From assembly GCA_035221665.1 (NCBI GenBank), contig CM069156.1, forward strand, positions 20,460,001 through 20,524,000: a DNA stretch of 64,000 nucleotides, read 5' to 3'. This DNA comes from Okamejei kenojei (taxonomy: Eukaryota). Position numbers and translations under genes: made by a program. The notes under the pieces were generated by a model. The model saw only the letters and a program-made list of their open reading frames with translations. It was not told where the DNA came from and did no database searches. How positions within the stretch are numbered: the first letter of the stretch is position 1; the number at the start of each line of letters is the position of its first letter. This document shows positions 49,689 through 62,407 of the stretch, in pieces.

Positions 49689-51889
49689 TAATAATTAGTG
49701 CTGTAACTTTGCTTGAATTAAAGCAAAATTTCATTTTTAGATGGTATGTATGCTGCCAATCACTCATACATTAAAAGCCAAAATAGACTAATTGCTTCAG
49801 TGTTATTTACATCTCAGATATACCTTTGCAAATCATCTAAAATTGTAGGATGAATTTAATGGTGGACCCTGCCTATGGACGTCCAGACCCTTTTGAAACT
49901 TCTCTACTTCTCCATTTATAAGATGATGCTTAAAATCTACTGCTTTGACACGCTTTGTGGTCTAATCTTTCCTTTTGTGACTTGGTAACAAATTTAGAGG
50001 CACACATGAGGCTTTTTGGGATATTTTGCTGAAATAATGGTGTCAGATAAATACAAGTTGTATTATATTCAGTCCAACCTCTCCAATAAAGACTGAACAA
50101 GCATCAATTATTCTCAAATTATTGATTACTGTTTGCTTATCTATGCAAATAAAATATTATTGCATTCTGCTTCACCACATGGTTTATTTTACAATTTATT
50201 GGTCCAATGCAAAGGCAATGTTGGAACCTGACCTTGGGAAATAGTGTAAAAGAGGCATTTGCAACTCTGAGACCTGTTACCCTTTCCCCATTTTTATTAC
50301 TAAAAGCAATTACCAATACCAATAAATCTATTATCAACTGTTTAACACTATCACTATAAGTGACAACTTCTCTTGGGTATTAATCAAAACTCTACATGGC
50401 TGTATTTTTTAAAAACAAAAGACACACTTTTCACACCATTGATTTTCATTTTTTAACAAAAAAAATGGCTCTTAAGAGTATGTTAATGACTATTTGTATT
50501 CAGCTAATCCAGGTACCTTCAAGCTTTGTTGTCCAGCTAGGTACATGAAAAGCTGCAAAACTGTGCTCATGCATGACTCTTGGGTGGTGTGGTGGTGGTG
50601 AGATGATGTTTGGGCACCACAGACTTGTGTCATACACTCATACACTGTTTACTGAATGTACATTTTCTACTTCTGTCCTGAGGTACACATGTGCACCTGG
50701 TGTGGCAGTGGAAATTGAAACCTTGCTAACTAAGAAAATGATAACAACTTTCACAGTGCCATGCAGTTAGATGTCATGCATCTAAAGAGACTACTTACTA
50801 CTTTGTTTAATTGGGTTTTTTCCCCGAATTGACCAGGGGATCAATTCTATGTCACTGGAGTTCTCGTAATATTCAAAAATCAAAGCCAAATGCGAAGAGG
50901 GCCCAATTAGTGATCTGTGAGATCCTTTCATCAATTGCATTCAGAAAACTTTAAGCTCCGAAAAAAATAAATTACTTCTTCTGATGATCACCCCTGACCA
51001 ATTTTAGACAGTATGCTGTCTTCATGATGCATGGAGAAAATGACCCTGTGTTCATTAATAGGAATGTCTTATTCATTCATAGGTTGTGGATATAACTGGC
51101 TGCATTGTCATTCCCCATTTACCCTTGAGGAGGTAATTCAGAGTCAACCACATTGTGGGCCAGGAGTTGTAGAAAGACCAAGCCAGATAAGATAAGATTA
51201 CTTTAAAGGCATGAGATTTTCTGACAGCTATGTTGGGCAAGCTTTAAAAAAAAAACCTCCTATTTAATCTATTGAATTCCAATTACCTGGCTGTCATAGT
51301 GAGATAGAAATCTTAAATCTCCAGATAAACTAGTCAGGTAATTTAATCAGGATGGTATCAAACTTGTGCTGTTGACATGTTATTATAGGCCTGTATATAT
51401 GTCTAGATAGGCAATAGGGGGAAATTCCAGGCTCTACCTGGTTTCAAAATTAAAGTCTGCTGTGGTTTCCTGCATTCTTCACAGCTGAACTTTTATTATA
51501 ATCAATTTAAGGCCTTTTTTGGGTGGGCGTCTTTTAAATGAAATCACATGTCTAATGGAGAATAAAACTGAATGATTCATTAACTTGTGATACATGGTTA
51601 GTGTAATGGTAACAGCTGAATAGACAATAAGCACTCAAAACCAGAATGAAACTGGTTTGTTTTGACCAGATTCAGGCCTCCTGTATTCTAGAACCTTTTG
51701 TTGTTCTTTACATTGGATTGAGTTGGTTCAGATCATATCAGTCTGAACTGATTTTACAGAGTCAAAGTATTGGTGTTAATAATAATGTTTACAGTTAAGA
51801 TTCAAACATGTTGGTGGGTTGTGGAGGGAGGATCTGTTAAATATTTCAAAAACTTAGCTCATCTGTGATACACGGTTCTTCATGGTAAC

Positions 51890-54591
51890 CAGTTAAGAGA
51901 AACACATTTAATACTGTACAGGAAAAAAAGCAGCATATTGGAACTTCTACATTTCAACAATACAAGTCAACATAACACAGATTAAACCCAAACCGTACAA
52001 GGCTGAAGGGGGCTTATTACATGCCACCTTTATATTAAAAAAAACATGTTTTATATATTATGTTGTCAATAAATGCATTTAACTACTGAGGTACATATTT
52101 ACAAATAACTTAATTGTTACCAAATAAATAAAAGACAAAAGGACAAATCTCAGAACTCAAACATTGAATGTTTCTTATTGGGTTAACAATAAATTCTATG
52201 AATGAGATTTGTGCAATAAATTAAGAGGTTTGCCAAGTTCCTTTTATAAATATATCTTCCAATGCTATTGTTGAAATACATTTTTGGGGGGAAGGAGCCT
52301 GGATTTTCAGGTAATCTTAGTCATACATTATAATGTAACATGCTGTGAAAAAATTCTACCACAATAAGCCCCTCCCCCAATGACATGTTTTCCGCTACTG
52401 AATATCTAGCTAATAAATTGATTGTGGTATAACCATTGTGTTTGGAAATGCTTGGATTACTGTTGGTCTAACTCTGTTAAATTATATTGCTGATAGTGGT
52501 GGAATTATTCATTGTATCATTGCCACTTTTTTATTGTTTGCCAAGGTAACATCCCAAGGACTCTTTACCCCCTAAGAATGTTTGGAGGTTTTGTTCTAGT
52601 TGCTCTTTTTCATCCTTACAAAAATCAGACAATAGGATGTATTCTATTGGGATGGGCCTGCTGTTTTTTTCATATCTTTTACTGCATGATCACATACAGT
52701 AAAACTCCTCTAATCTGACACACTTGAGTCTTTGGTGGTGCTGTTCTAGCAGAATTTTGGGAGAATATATACGACAAAATGTGATAAAACCAGTTACTGA
52801 GGGGAAAAAAGGGACGACCAAATGAGATTACAATATTCTGCTGAATTGCAAGATAATAAGTAAATTAGTACCTTTGAATGTAAAAATCCAATTACTATGG
52901 ATCTGCATCAGATCTTATTCTCCTGCTTTTCAGGTTATAAAACATTATGCATCAGGATTGACATGCAATCTCTTGTGTTAAATACATCCTACCTTTATTA
53001 AATTAAATATAACCTATCTTTCATTCTATATTATTTGACTTCCTGGACTTTCATGTTTCAGTTTGTTGTACTGGATATGTTGTAAACAGCAAGGCTTGCA
53101 AACCATGAGTATGCACTGAATGTTATAACTGCAACTGGAAAAAGCTCTGCATAAAATTGCACATCCATAGGACATACCTAAGTCAATTTGATCTCCTTTC
53201 CTCTGAGAATGTAAAAATAAATGTTTGTGTTTGAGATATCATCATTCTTGTACAACTCGTGGGCAGGAAAATTAGATTTTTCTAGATTCATCCCTTATTT
53301 TAGGACACTGAAAAGTCAGTGATTATCAAAACTACAACTCCATTCTGCCAACTTCAGAACTACGGATGAGTTTACCAAACTCTTGCTTCAAGCCTTCAGT
53401 CTGAATGACAGTATTGGATTATAATATATTCAATGCTTAAAGTTGGACTGGACACTAGTGCTCACATTTAGCATACTGCGTGCAATCAGAGTGGCACAAC
53501 TCTATTCACTGGAGAATGGTCATTTAGTGGATGAAGGGTTAACCTAAAATAATGCGTTTCATGAAATAAGCATTTTGATTAACAAGATAATAAGTTAAGG
53601 TATTGCCTTTAAAAACCTAATAATGAGAACAGAAAAGTAATGAAAAGACAATTGCATTTGCTGCACAACATTTAAACATATATTTTTTGAGGCATTCTCA
53701 ACAATGTTGCTTAAACAGGCCTCATTAGCAACCATTTGTAAGTAACTAGAAGAAGGGACACAATTCCACATACATCTGCATTATACAATTCCCCTTTGAT
53801 ATCTTGGGTCGCACACCAGTTGTCCCCCCCATCTCCCCCCCACCCCCCCAACCCACATTTGCTAATTATACTATATTTACAGTGCATAGATTTCCATTTT
53901 TGCAACCAGTGACTTAATCCTAGTTTCCTTCCCATTGGTACAAGGTCAGTAGGAAGAATTTGATAGACTACTCTTGTAGCTGACGTTTACCGAATAGGAC
54001 CAAGTAGAGAACTTCCATGCTCACTTGTCCACTTGTTCATCTGAAGTATTTCATCCAGAGGTTCATCAAAAATATAAGCATGGAAACTCCTGACGATTTG
54101 TTCAATGAAAATTCCAGTCAACCAGAAAATAATTGTTTTTTTTAAATAGCTGCATGTTTAATATTTGGAGGAAGTTGCTGACTTTTGATGCAGATAACTT
54201 CATGGAAGAATTCATTTGCAGAGGTTTATAATTAGTTTTTTTTTCCTACAAAAAACGTATTCACTTAAATCCCAGCACCAGGCAAATAGTTTGAATCTCC
54301 TGAATGATGGTGACCAGACAAACATAGGATGGGGAGAGTTTGAAGACTGCAAAACTGTTATGTACTTAATTTTATCAGTGCTGAAAGTTGTGTGAGCCTG
54401 GGCCAAGAATTCATCAAGGCTGTCTTGATATAAATATATACTTGTTATAATATAAATCTGGTTGCACTGACCTACTGGGTTTACTGACGCTTGCAGTTTC
54501 TCTTCCATTCCCATCTTTTGAAAATGAGTCCATTGATGATACTTACTTTTGTAACTCTCAGTTTTATTTGTGCACATTTTAAAATCCAATC
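51890..54591 (-). other. SRRM3: Probable long AU-rich 3' UTR of SRRM3
   Basis: Repeat-poor AT-rich sequence after the stop. Candidate ATTAAA at 51912-51907 with upstream TGTA and downstream TGTGTTTCTCTT; other AATAAA at 52999-52994 and 52535-52530. True end uncertain. Confidence 0.4.
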
Positions 54592-54799
54592 CTAGAAGCC
54601 TGCACTTTCTGAGCTGGTACGACTGTCGTAGCTGGCGGTCCGGCTGCGAGTCCGGCTCCGGCTCCTGCTCCTGCTCCGACTGTACGAGCTGTAGCTGTCG
54701 TAGCTTCGGCTTTGACTCCTGCTGTAGGAAGAGTAACTGCTGAGGGAGCTGGGTGACGATGGGCTGGGCCTGTAGTATGGGATTGGCCGCTTACGTGCA
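54592..54799 (-). CDS. SRRM3: Serine/arginine repetitive matrix protein 3, last coding exon (second half of eMIC plus RS tail)
   Basis: Acceptor ...CGTTCATTCAG; (S)ARKRPIPYYRPSPSSPSSLSS...SYDSRTSSESAGF*; the C-terminus resembles SRRM3 rather than SRRM4; adjacent to HSPB1 as in human. Confidence 0.92.
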
Positions 54800-57700
54800 C
54801 TGAATGAACGGGGACACCAAAAACAAACAAGGAAAAGAGACAAGAATGAAGCTGGGTTAGTTACGACTCTACACAGAGTACGGGTATTAAAATGTTGCTA
54901 CTTATGTCTTTTAAATACAGCGGGCAGATTTTCCTGCTCTGGGCATCTGGAGCTTTGGGACATGCCTTACAAGGGACAAACATGTCCTTCTCCAAATTCT
55001 CTGCCCAAACAATCTAAAGGCATCAGGCACCAATGCAGGAAAAGTTGCTCAATATGGTTCTTCCCTTCAAATAATTGCTGGGATTTTCAGACACATTAAC
55101 AGGAAACATTAGTTCCACAAAGATGATATGTATATAGACTTTTGTTAGCACATACGTGATGTCTGATGTGTTCAGTAATCCAGTCTTTTAAACAAGTCTG
55201 ATTCTTTAGAAACCTGGCCTATGTCCAATTTAGTATCTGCATTTATGTCAAAAGAACCAGAGTGAATATGAAGATATTTTGCTTTTACAGTAACATCTGA
55301 AAAACATCACTTTAAATGATGGTTTGAACAGACCAAATAATTATGTTCAAATGTGAATTAGACATGCATTTATAAGAGAGAGGACTATTTGAATATTAAT
55401 ATTAATCTTGAACATTAATCTTAGTTTGAACTAGGGAATTGCCATGTTAACAATTGTCAGTATTTCATAGAGTATTTTGATTTGTTTGTGTTTACTGTTA
55501 TTGGCTTGAAACATTAACCTTGTTCCTCTTTCCACAGATGCTGCCTGACCTAAGCATTTCCAGCATTTCCCTTATTTCTTGATTTTATTTCAAATTTCCA
55601 GCATCTGCTGTGTCTTACTTTTTGATTGCTGTTTATTTAATTTATTTTTTATTAGAATGCAATTAATTAAACTTGTCAGTTGTGACTTTTGGATAGTCCA
55701 GGGACAACTGATGAGATCAGAATTGGTTTAGGCTCTCATGCCCCATGATTCAATAGCTTCACCAATTAGAGCCTAGGCTCACATAAACCAGAGGCCTGTT
55801 GTCAGCTATAGAACCAATATCCTGCATAAACTAGAGGAATGGGGAGAAAACTAGACAATCAATCTGGTGCATTATCTCAAATAAGCTTTAGTAGGCCACA
55901 AATTGTTCACAAAGTGCTGGAGTAACTCAGCACATCAGGCAGCATCTCTGCAGAACATGGATAGGTAATGTTTTGGGTCCGGACTCTTCTTCAAACCCAA
56001 AACATCACCAATCCATGTTCTTCGGAGATGCTGCCTGACCCACTGAGTTACTCCAGCACTTTGTAAACTAGCATCATCAGCTTCTCGTTTCCACTGAGTA
56101 GGCTTTGTTTGATGCAATTAGGCAATAGGCCTCTTTAAATAGTGACCTCTTGTCAAACTCACCAAAAGACTGGATTGTACTTTTGAACACAGATTATGTT
56201 CTGGTGTGCAATGGTAATTAACAAGCAATGTAATTAGAAAGCCTCCATAAAGCCAGACTCAATTATTGAAAAGAGACAATTGAATTGCTTCTGAAAATGT
56301 CAACCAGTGAAGATTATAAAATCTATATGAATACAACGTAATTAAAATCACTGGTAGATTAGAGATTTATTGCATATGAAGAAATGCAATCTGAAAAAAA
56401 AAAATTCAGGAGTCCGATAATCATGCCTTGGCTTTTCAAAATTTGCAAATTAGGCAAATCATCAAATTACCAGATTAGAAGAAACATAGACAAGACAAAA
56501 TCAACTCTAAGTCATCTCTATCATTTTGTGTCAGTGTTTTCCACAGAGCTCATTGAAGCAACAGCTCAGCCTATTATAAAATACCAGGTTTCATCAATTC
56601 ACCAGCTATCAGTTCATATAATATATTAATAGGAAAGTAGATATTCATAAAAGTGACATGTAGTTACACTGCACCCAACTACTTACAGCCACTCAAAATG
56701 ACCGATTTCAATTAAGGTCAAGAAATGAATTATTTTAACTTTGTATATATGTGGAGAACACTGAAACATTGCACATTTCATTTGATTGTGAGCGCAAAGT
56801 TCATTGAAAGCTATTTTATCGGTATTAATATGTAGAAGTTACAAAAATGATTAGTTGAAAGCCTGTGGTGTCCTTCGGAAAGATCAGGTACGCCAGGTCT
56901 ACGAGAAGTGAATATAACATTGGTTAGTAAGCATGTTAGATTAGATCAGAGAGGGCCTGCTCAGTGGGGTGGGAGTCAATTCCAAAGATTTATCAAACTG
57001 ACTAGAATGTTTGTCTGTCATGTGGGAAGGAGAAATTCCAAAGGCATTTACTAATATTCCTTCCTGCAATAAAACCACGTAAAACTAGTTTCCAAACATT
57101 TTCTGCTGAAAAAAACTTGTTTAAGATATTTTGTCTTATTGTGTCTTATAACTTACAGACAACAGTTCAAATTAGGAGACTTGGTAATTGAAATGTTTCC
57201 GGGGTTAGCAGTATAGTAGAGCAAAGTGGAGATACCAATGATCCAAAAAGCTATTAGCATTCAGCTCATTTGCCTTTTCCTTTGGGTCTAAGTGTTCTGA
57301 AATGAATGCTACCACGTGAGCAGGTTTAGAGTATTTACTGATGTCTGAATTTTCCTGCCTTCAGTATGCCGAATTGCTAGCAGTTCAAAATGGAAATAAA
57401 ATGCAAATTAAAAAAAAGGTGAAAGTGTTATTTGGAAAAATGGGCAAAACGAACATGAACTGCTTTCAAATGAGGATTCTAAGGAATTTTATGAAATATT
57501 CACCAGTGAGCAGTCCTTCATAAACTTGCAGCCCCAAAGAGCAAGACCATAATCTGTTAGTTGGATGTGCAATTTGCTGCTGTTAGCAAGGAAGCAAAGA
57601 TTCAATTTTGTACAAGATCAGATCTGTACCAGACTCAGATGATGTCCATGTGGGATGCCCTTTGTTCTACATTGTACCTTTTAATGTTTATTCTATATAA

Positions 57701-58019
57701 AGAATATCACTCCAATAATAAAAGCCTGAACTGAAAATGCTTCCTATTGGGGATGTTATTACTCTATTCTGCCCCATCAGAGCTGAAGTGTAGCAATCAG
57801 CCAAATGGCTGAAATGGTCAATTACTGTCAAATTGCTTGACTATATGTTTTCAATGGTCGTGAAGAACAGCTGAGCTCATTAAAATGGACAATAACATCA
57901 AACAGGTCGAGGTTGGATTGCATACCTGTTCTATGCCTGGTCTGATTTTATTCTCTACTGACTGGGAAATTTAACTTTCTATTTTATAAGGTGAGATCAA
58001 ATAAGTTGAAGTCTTTTCT

Positions 58020-59480
58020 TTCCACAAGTTCCTCGAGCAGTATTATAATGAAAATGGCAGCCAGGCCATCGGAATGCTCCTCCTACAGGATGTGGGAAGT
58101 CACGGAGACCTCCAGTGTCCCTGAGGACTACATCGGTGGGAAGTGTGTCCAGCTGCAGCTCCTCAATGACCGAGTGAGGAAACTGGAGCTGTAGTTGGAC
58201 AATCTCATGGTTGCCTGGGAGAATAAGAGCTTCATAGCTAGGAGTTACAATGAGGTTGTCATATCTAAACTGTAGGCAGAAAGTAGATAGGTGACCGCAA
58301 CAAAATGTAATATGCAAAGTGCAGGAATCCCCTATGGCCATTCCCCTCCAAAACAAGTGTGTCCTGTTCGGGGGGGAGGGGTGATGGAGGTTGAGGTGGG
58401 AGGGTAACCAGTCAGGGGGGAATAGCAGCAGCAGTCACTTCTGAGGCACCAGACCTGACTCTGAGGTACAGTGGAGAAAGGTGAAGTCAGACAGAATGAT
58501 AGTGACTGGAAGCTCGTTAGCCAGGGGAGCAGACAGGAGATTCTGTGGCCGCAAGTGAGACTCCAGGATGATGTGTTGCCTCTATGGCGCCAGGGTACAG
58601 GATGTCTTGGAGTAGTTGCAGAACATTCTCATGGGCCGGGCTGAGTGGCTGGATGTCGTTGTACATGTTGACAGAAATTATATAGGTTGTAAAAGGGATG
58701 AGGTCTTGCAGAGTGAATATCGGGAGCTAGACAAAAGACTAAGGTTCTTAGGAGTCTTGAGGTTTAGTAATATCCACTTTCAGTGCCATGTGCTAGTGCT
58801 GGTAGGAATAGAAAGATAGGACAGATGAATGTGTGGCTCAAGAGTTGGTGTATAGGGCAGGGATTCAGATTTTTGCACTGTTGGGGCTGGGGAAAGTTGT
58901 ACAAGAGGGATCGGAACTGGTGGATGGGGCTAGTGCTACTCGGGTTTAAAGGAAGGTGGGGACCAGAGTGGAAGGTCAGCAAAAGGAAGGAGTGATGGGA
59001 TGTTGGAAGTTAGACCAATAAGACTCAAAGAAAGGACAGACAAGGGAGAGGTTAAGGAAAGTGTGTGCATTTCAATGCAAATGAATTGGCAGCCCAACAT
59101 TCCAGGATTTCAATGTTTCAAACCATGATAGAGTGGTAGGTAAAAGAGGTGAAGGAGTTGCTCTGCTAATCAGGGAGAATGTCACGGTGGCACTCAGAGA
59201 GGACATACTGGAAGATTAATCCATGGAGGCAATATGGGTAAAACTCAAAATAAGGAATGTGCAATCATTCTAAATGTATTATAATATAGACCCCCTCAAT
59301 AGCCAGTTGGAGATAGAGCAACAGATATGTAGACAGATTGCAGAAATAAACAAACTCAGTATGGGTTGTTGTGGTAGTGGGTGACTTTAACTTCCTCAAT
59401 GTTGAATGGGACTTAGTGCAAAAGGCTTAGATGGGACAGAACGTATTAGTTGTAACCAAAAAGGTTTCCTGAAACAGTAG
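58020..59480 (+). mobile_element. 5' region of a CR1 LINE: decayed ORF1 (zinc finger plus SGNH esterase) and start of ORF2 endonuclease
   Basis: ECSSYRMWEV...DYIGGKCVQLQLLNDRVRKLEL; IVTGSSLARGADRRFCG..MCCLYGARVQDV; YRPPQ and VVGDFNF motifs near 59290-59400. Confidence 0.8.
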
Positions 59481-62031
59481 GCCACCACTTCATCGTCATG
59501 CACATAGTTAAGTTCCCTTAACTATTTGCCTTTTTGTTTTGCATGTGATCTTTCATGGCAACTTTGATGATTTTGATGCAAAGTTAACTGTGTGGACACG
59601 ACCCAGCTTCATTCATCACACAATACTTACAGCCAGCACTTACTGCACAAGATTTATTGCTTGGAAATGAAAGGCAACTCTGTCAACCTGTTGACTTCCC
59701 CTCCCAAGTGATTTTTTAGACGGGCAACCTTAAAACTTAGTGTAACTAATGTTGGGTCAGAATCTTGCTACTTGCACCTACTGTTTTTGTGGCTTGTTCA
59801 TTGTTTACACTTGACTTGGGGAAAATGGGGATTACAATAAAATATGGATCCTGTGGACAGGAGCAGCGATGAGAAGTAGTTAAAGGCACCAAGTTCCAAC
59901 ACCACGACATCAGCTGAATTGTAAGTACACTCTGAAAGTTTGCACAATAGATTAAGTTAAAGTGACTCATCAGCAGAGAAGCTTCCACTGTGATGAGATA
60001 CTACTTAAATGTTTCAGTAGGGACAGAGCGACAAATGTTGGCCGTACAGTGATGGGATGCTCTTCTTTAACTGCCTCACAATTGGGGTTCAAGGTGGGAT
60101 AGCGTCACTCCAATGCAGAGCAGTGGTTACCCAACTAACCAGAATCGGATGGAGCAATCTTCACCAAACCTTCAAATGGGAGGAAAAAAATGAGACAAAA
60201 GACAAACTGAAACAAAGTTAAGCAATTTGGAGCAGCATAAAATGAAAGCCTTTTCAGGGCCTTGAGTTTAATCATCCACATGGAGAATAATAATGTTAAA
60301 TATGGAACATCTTTATACGTGGCTCAAATCATCCAAAGGAACGTAAGCCCCAAAATGTTGACAATGTAATAATGTACATGGAGCATTACCAGAATCAGAT
60401 GTAGGTGGAACAAATAATTACTACAACTCAAATTAGTCAACCGACTTATCAATGATCACCAGTGTTCAATATTTACCATCAACTCCAAGTATCTTACTTT
60501 GTCTTTCACACATCTCAAAACACAATTCACTTCCAGTGAGTGTCTTCAGTTGTTTAGTAACCAGTGTACTTTAGTTTAGTACGATTGTTATGTTGTGCAG
60601 AATTGACTAACCAGTGGTAATCTAGAACAGTTCACAAGCTTTTTTTTTTTTTAAGCGAGTTCTTGAGATCCTGTAAAGGATCAAGGTGAAACTAGGTTAG
60701 ATTCGGACTAAATTAAGGGATTTTCTTTAATTATAAAGTGAAAATCTGAATGAAATAAAACTTTTGTTTTGTTGCTGTGTTATTCTGCAGGAAGAATGAC
60801 AACAATTTAAATCTTCTCCAAGATCAGATTACATTTTAGATTCAGCAAATAAAACAGCACGTCCTAGAAGTTAGATTTCCTTCTTACTTGGTGGTTCTGT
60901 GGGTACAGCCGCTATCAAATCTGGGTTTAACCAAAAGCAAAATACAAATCTGCAGTGTTTTACTTTAAGAAATTGTTATAATAGTGATTTCCTCCCTCTA
61001 AAATGCATTGAAACCTAATCTGTGGGATTAAATGGGCACCGACTCATGGGAGAGGTGGTGACACTATGACAGAGCTCTCTCGGTGGCAACAATAGGCTGT
61101 CTTGCAGTGGAGAGGATCCGAGGCATGGGAGAGGATCATGATGGCACAGGGCAGATTGAAGGGGGTGGGGGGGGGGGGGGGGGGGGGTGCACATATCTCT
61201 AGGTGAAAAACTTCTACTCCGCTGGTGCCCTTCCTTGTGGTTTTAGCTTTGTATACCTGTGGCTCCATCTGCCTGTGCGCACCAAGATCATCGACATCAC
61301 TGCATCTGGCTACCAGCTGGCACACAGAAGCTGCTGGACTGCAACTTACTATCAGCTTACCGCTCTATGTAATGTAGCAGATAGATATTTAGCTAAAGTG
61401 GGGTCAACAGCACTTTCAGCGGGCACTGTGAGCTCAAAACCCAGGCTGGCTATAATTTGATAGTCAGCTATTTTGAAGGCTTTCCTGCCAAGATCACTGA
61501 AGCAAGGAATATAATTCCACCTCTGAAGGACTTTCTATTCCGGTAAAAGTTGTCAATAAGTATACTTAAATGTACTAAACAATGAACGTCGCTGGTGAGG
61601 AGATAGAAGAACATGCATACTTTGGACGATATGCTGCACCTCATCTTCTTAGACTAGCTGTCTAATAGCCAAATAGAACAAGCCACAGTTAGCATTCAGA
61701 AGCTTCAAAAGTACATAAACTAATGATAAAGAATGCAGTCTGCACATCCCACCTACAACTTAATACATTCCCTATGAATGAAGGTTTAGTAAGTTATAAA
61801 TGAGAATAAATAGTACAGAAAGAAGTCCAAAAGTCGCCATTTGGCCATGTAGGAAATCTGTTATATCAACCCTTACACCCTTGCTAAAATATCACTATAC
61901 TCACGATAAGATGAATCTGAATAGCTGAAAAGATGCATAGTCAGTAATGTTTTCTTCCTTTATTAAATCCATGCCTACGTCCTAAACAAACCCTACTGAA
62001 GAATGGCAGCTGGGGCCTCCAGATGGTGTAC

Positions 62032-62170
62032 CTTGTAATCCGACGGGGCTCCATGAAGCTGGGCGAATCCCTCCTTCGTTTTCTGATCGGTGAATAACTT
62101 CTTCGATCGCCGACGGTGCCTCTCTGCTTCAGAGTCATGGTGCCGTGGTCCAATGTCACTATCTCTTTCT
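62032..62170 (-). CDS. SRRM3: SRRM3 penultimate coding exon (first half of eMIC), with an apparent 1-nt insertion
   Basis: Acceptor TTTTCTCCTCCTAACAG; ERDSDIGPRHHDSEAERHRRRS in one frame, then RSYSPIRKRRRDSPSFMEPRRIT(S) in the next; donor AG|GTACAC; 139 nt. Confidence 0.88.
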
Positions 62171-62407
62171 CTGTTAGGAGGAGAAAATGAATGGATGACT
62201 GCACAGGTGCGAAAGAAAGAGAATCCCTCCTACTTTAACTACTATTCCAATTGATTTTCTCTTGTGCTGTCTTAACAATAATTGTATGGTAAATATTGAG
62301 GCACCAACTTTACTAATTGAAAGACCAGCCCCAGAAGCAGTCTCATTTTTGTCTACAATGCCTTCAGTTTCAGTTCAGTATCAGTTTAGTTTATTGTCAC
62401 GTGTACC

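Noticed and set aside
54592-62170. Assignment to SRRM4 or SRRM2
   Set aside because: SFMEPRRITS, the SSESAGF* ending and adjacency to HSPB1 fit SRRM3
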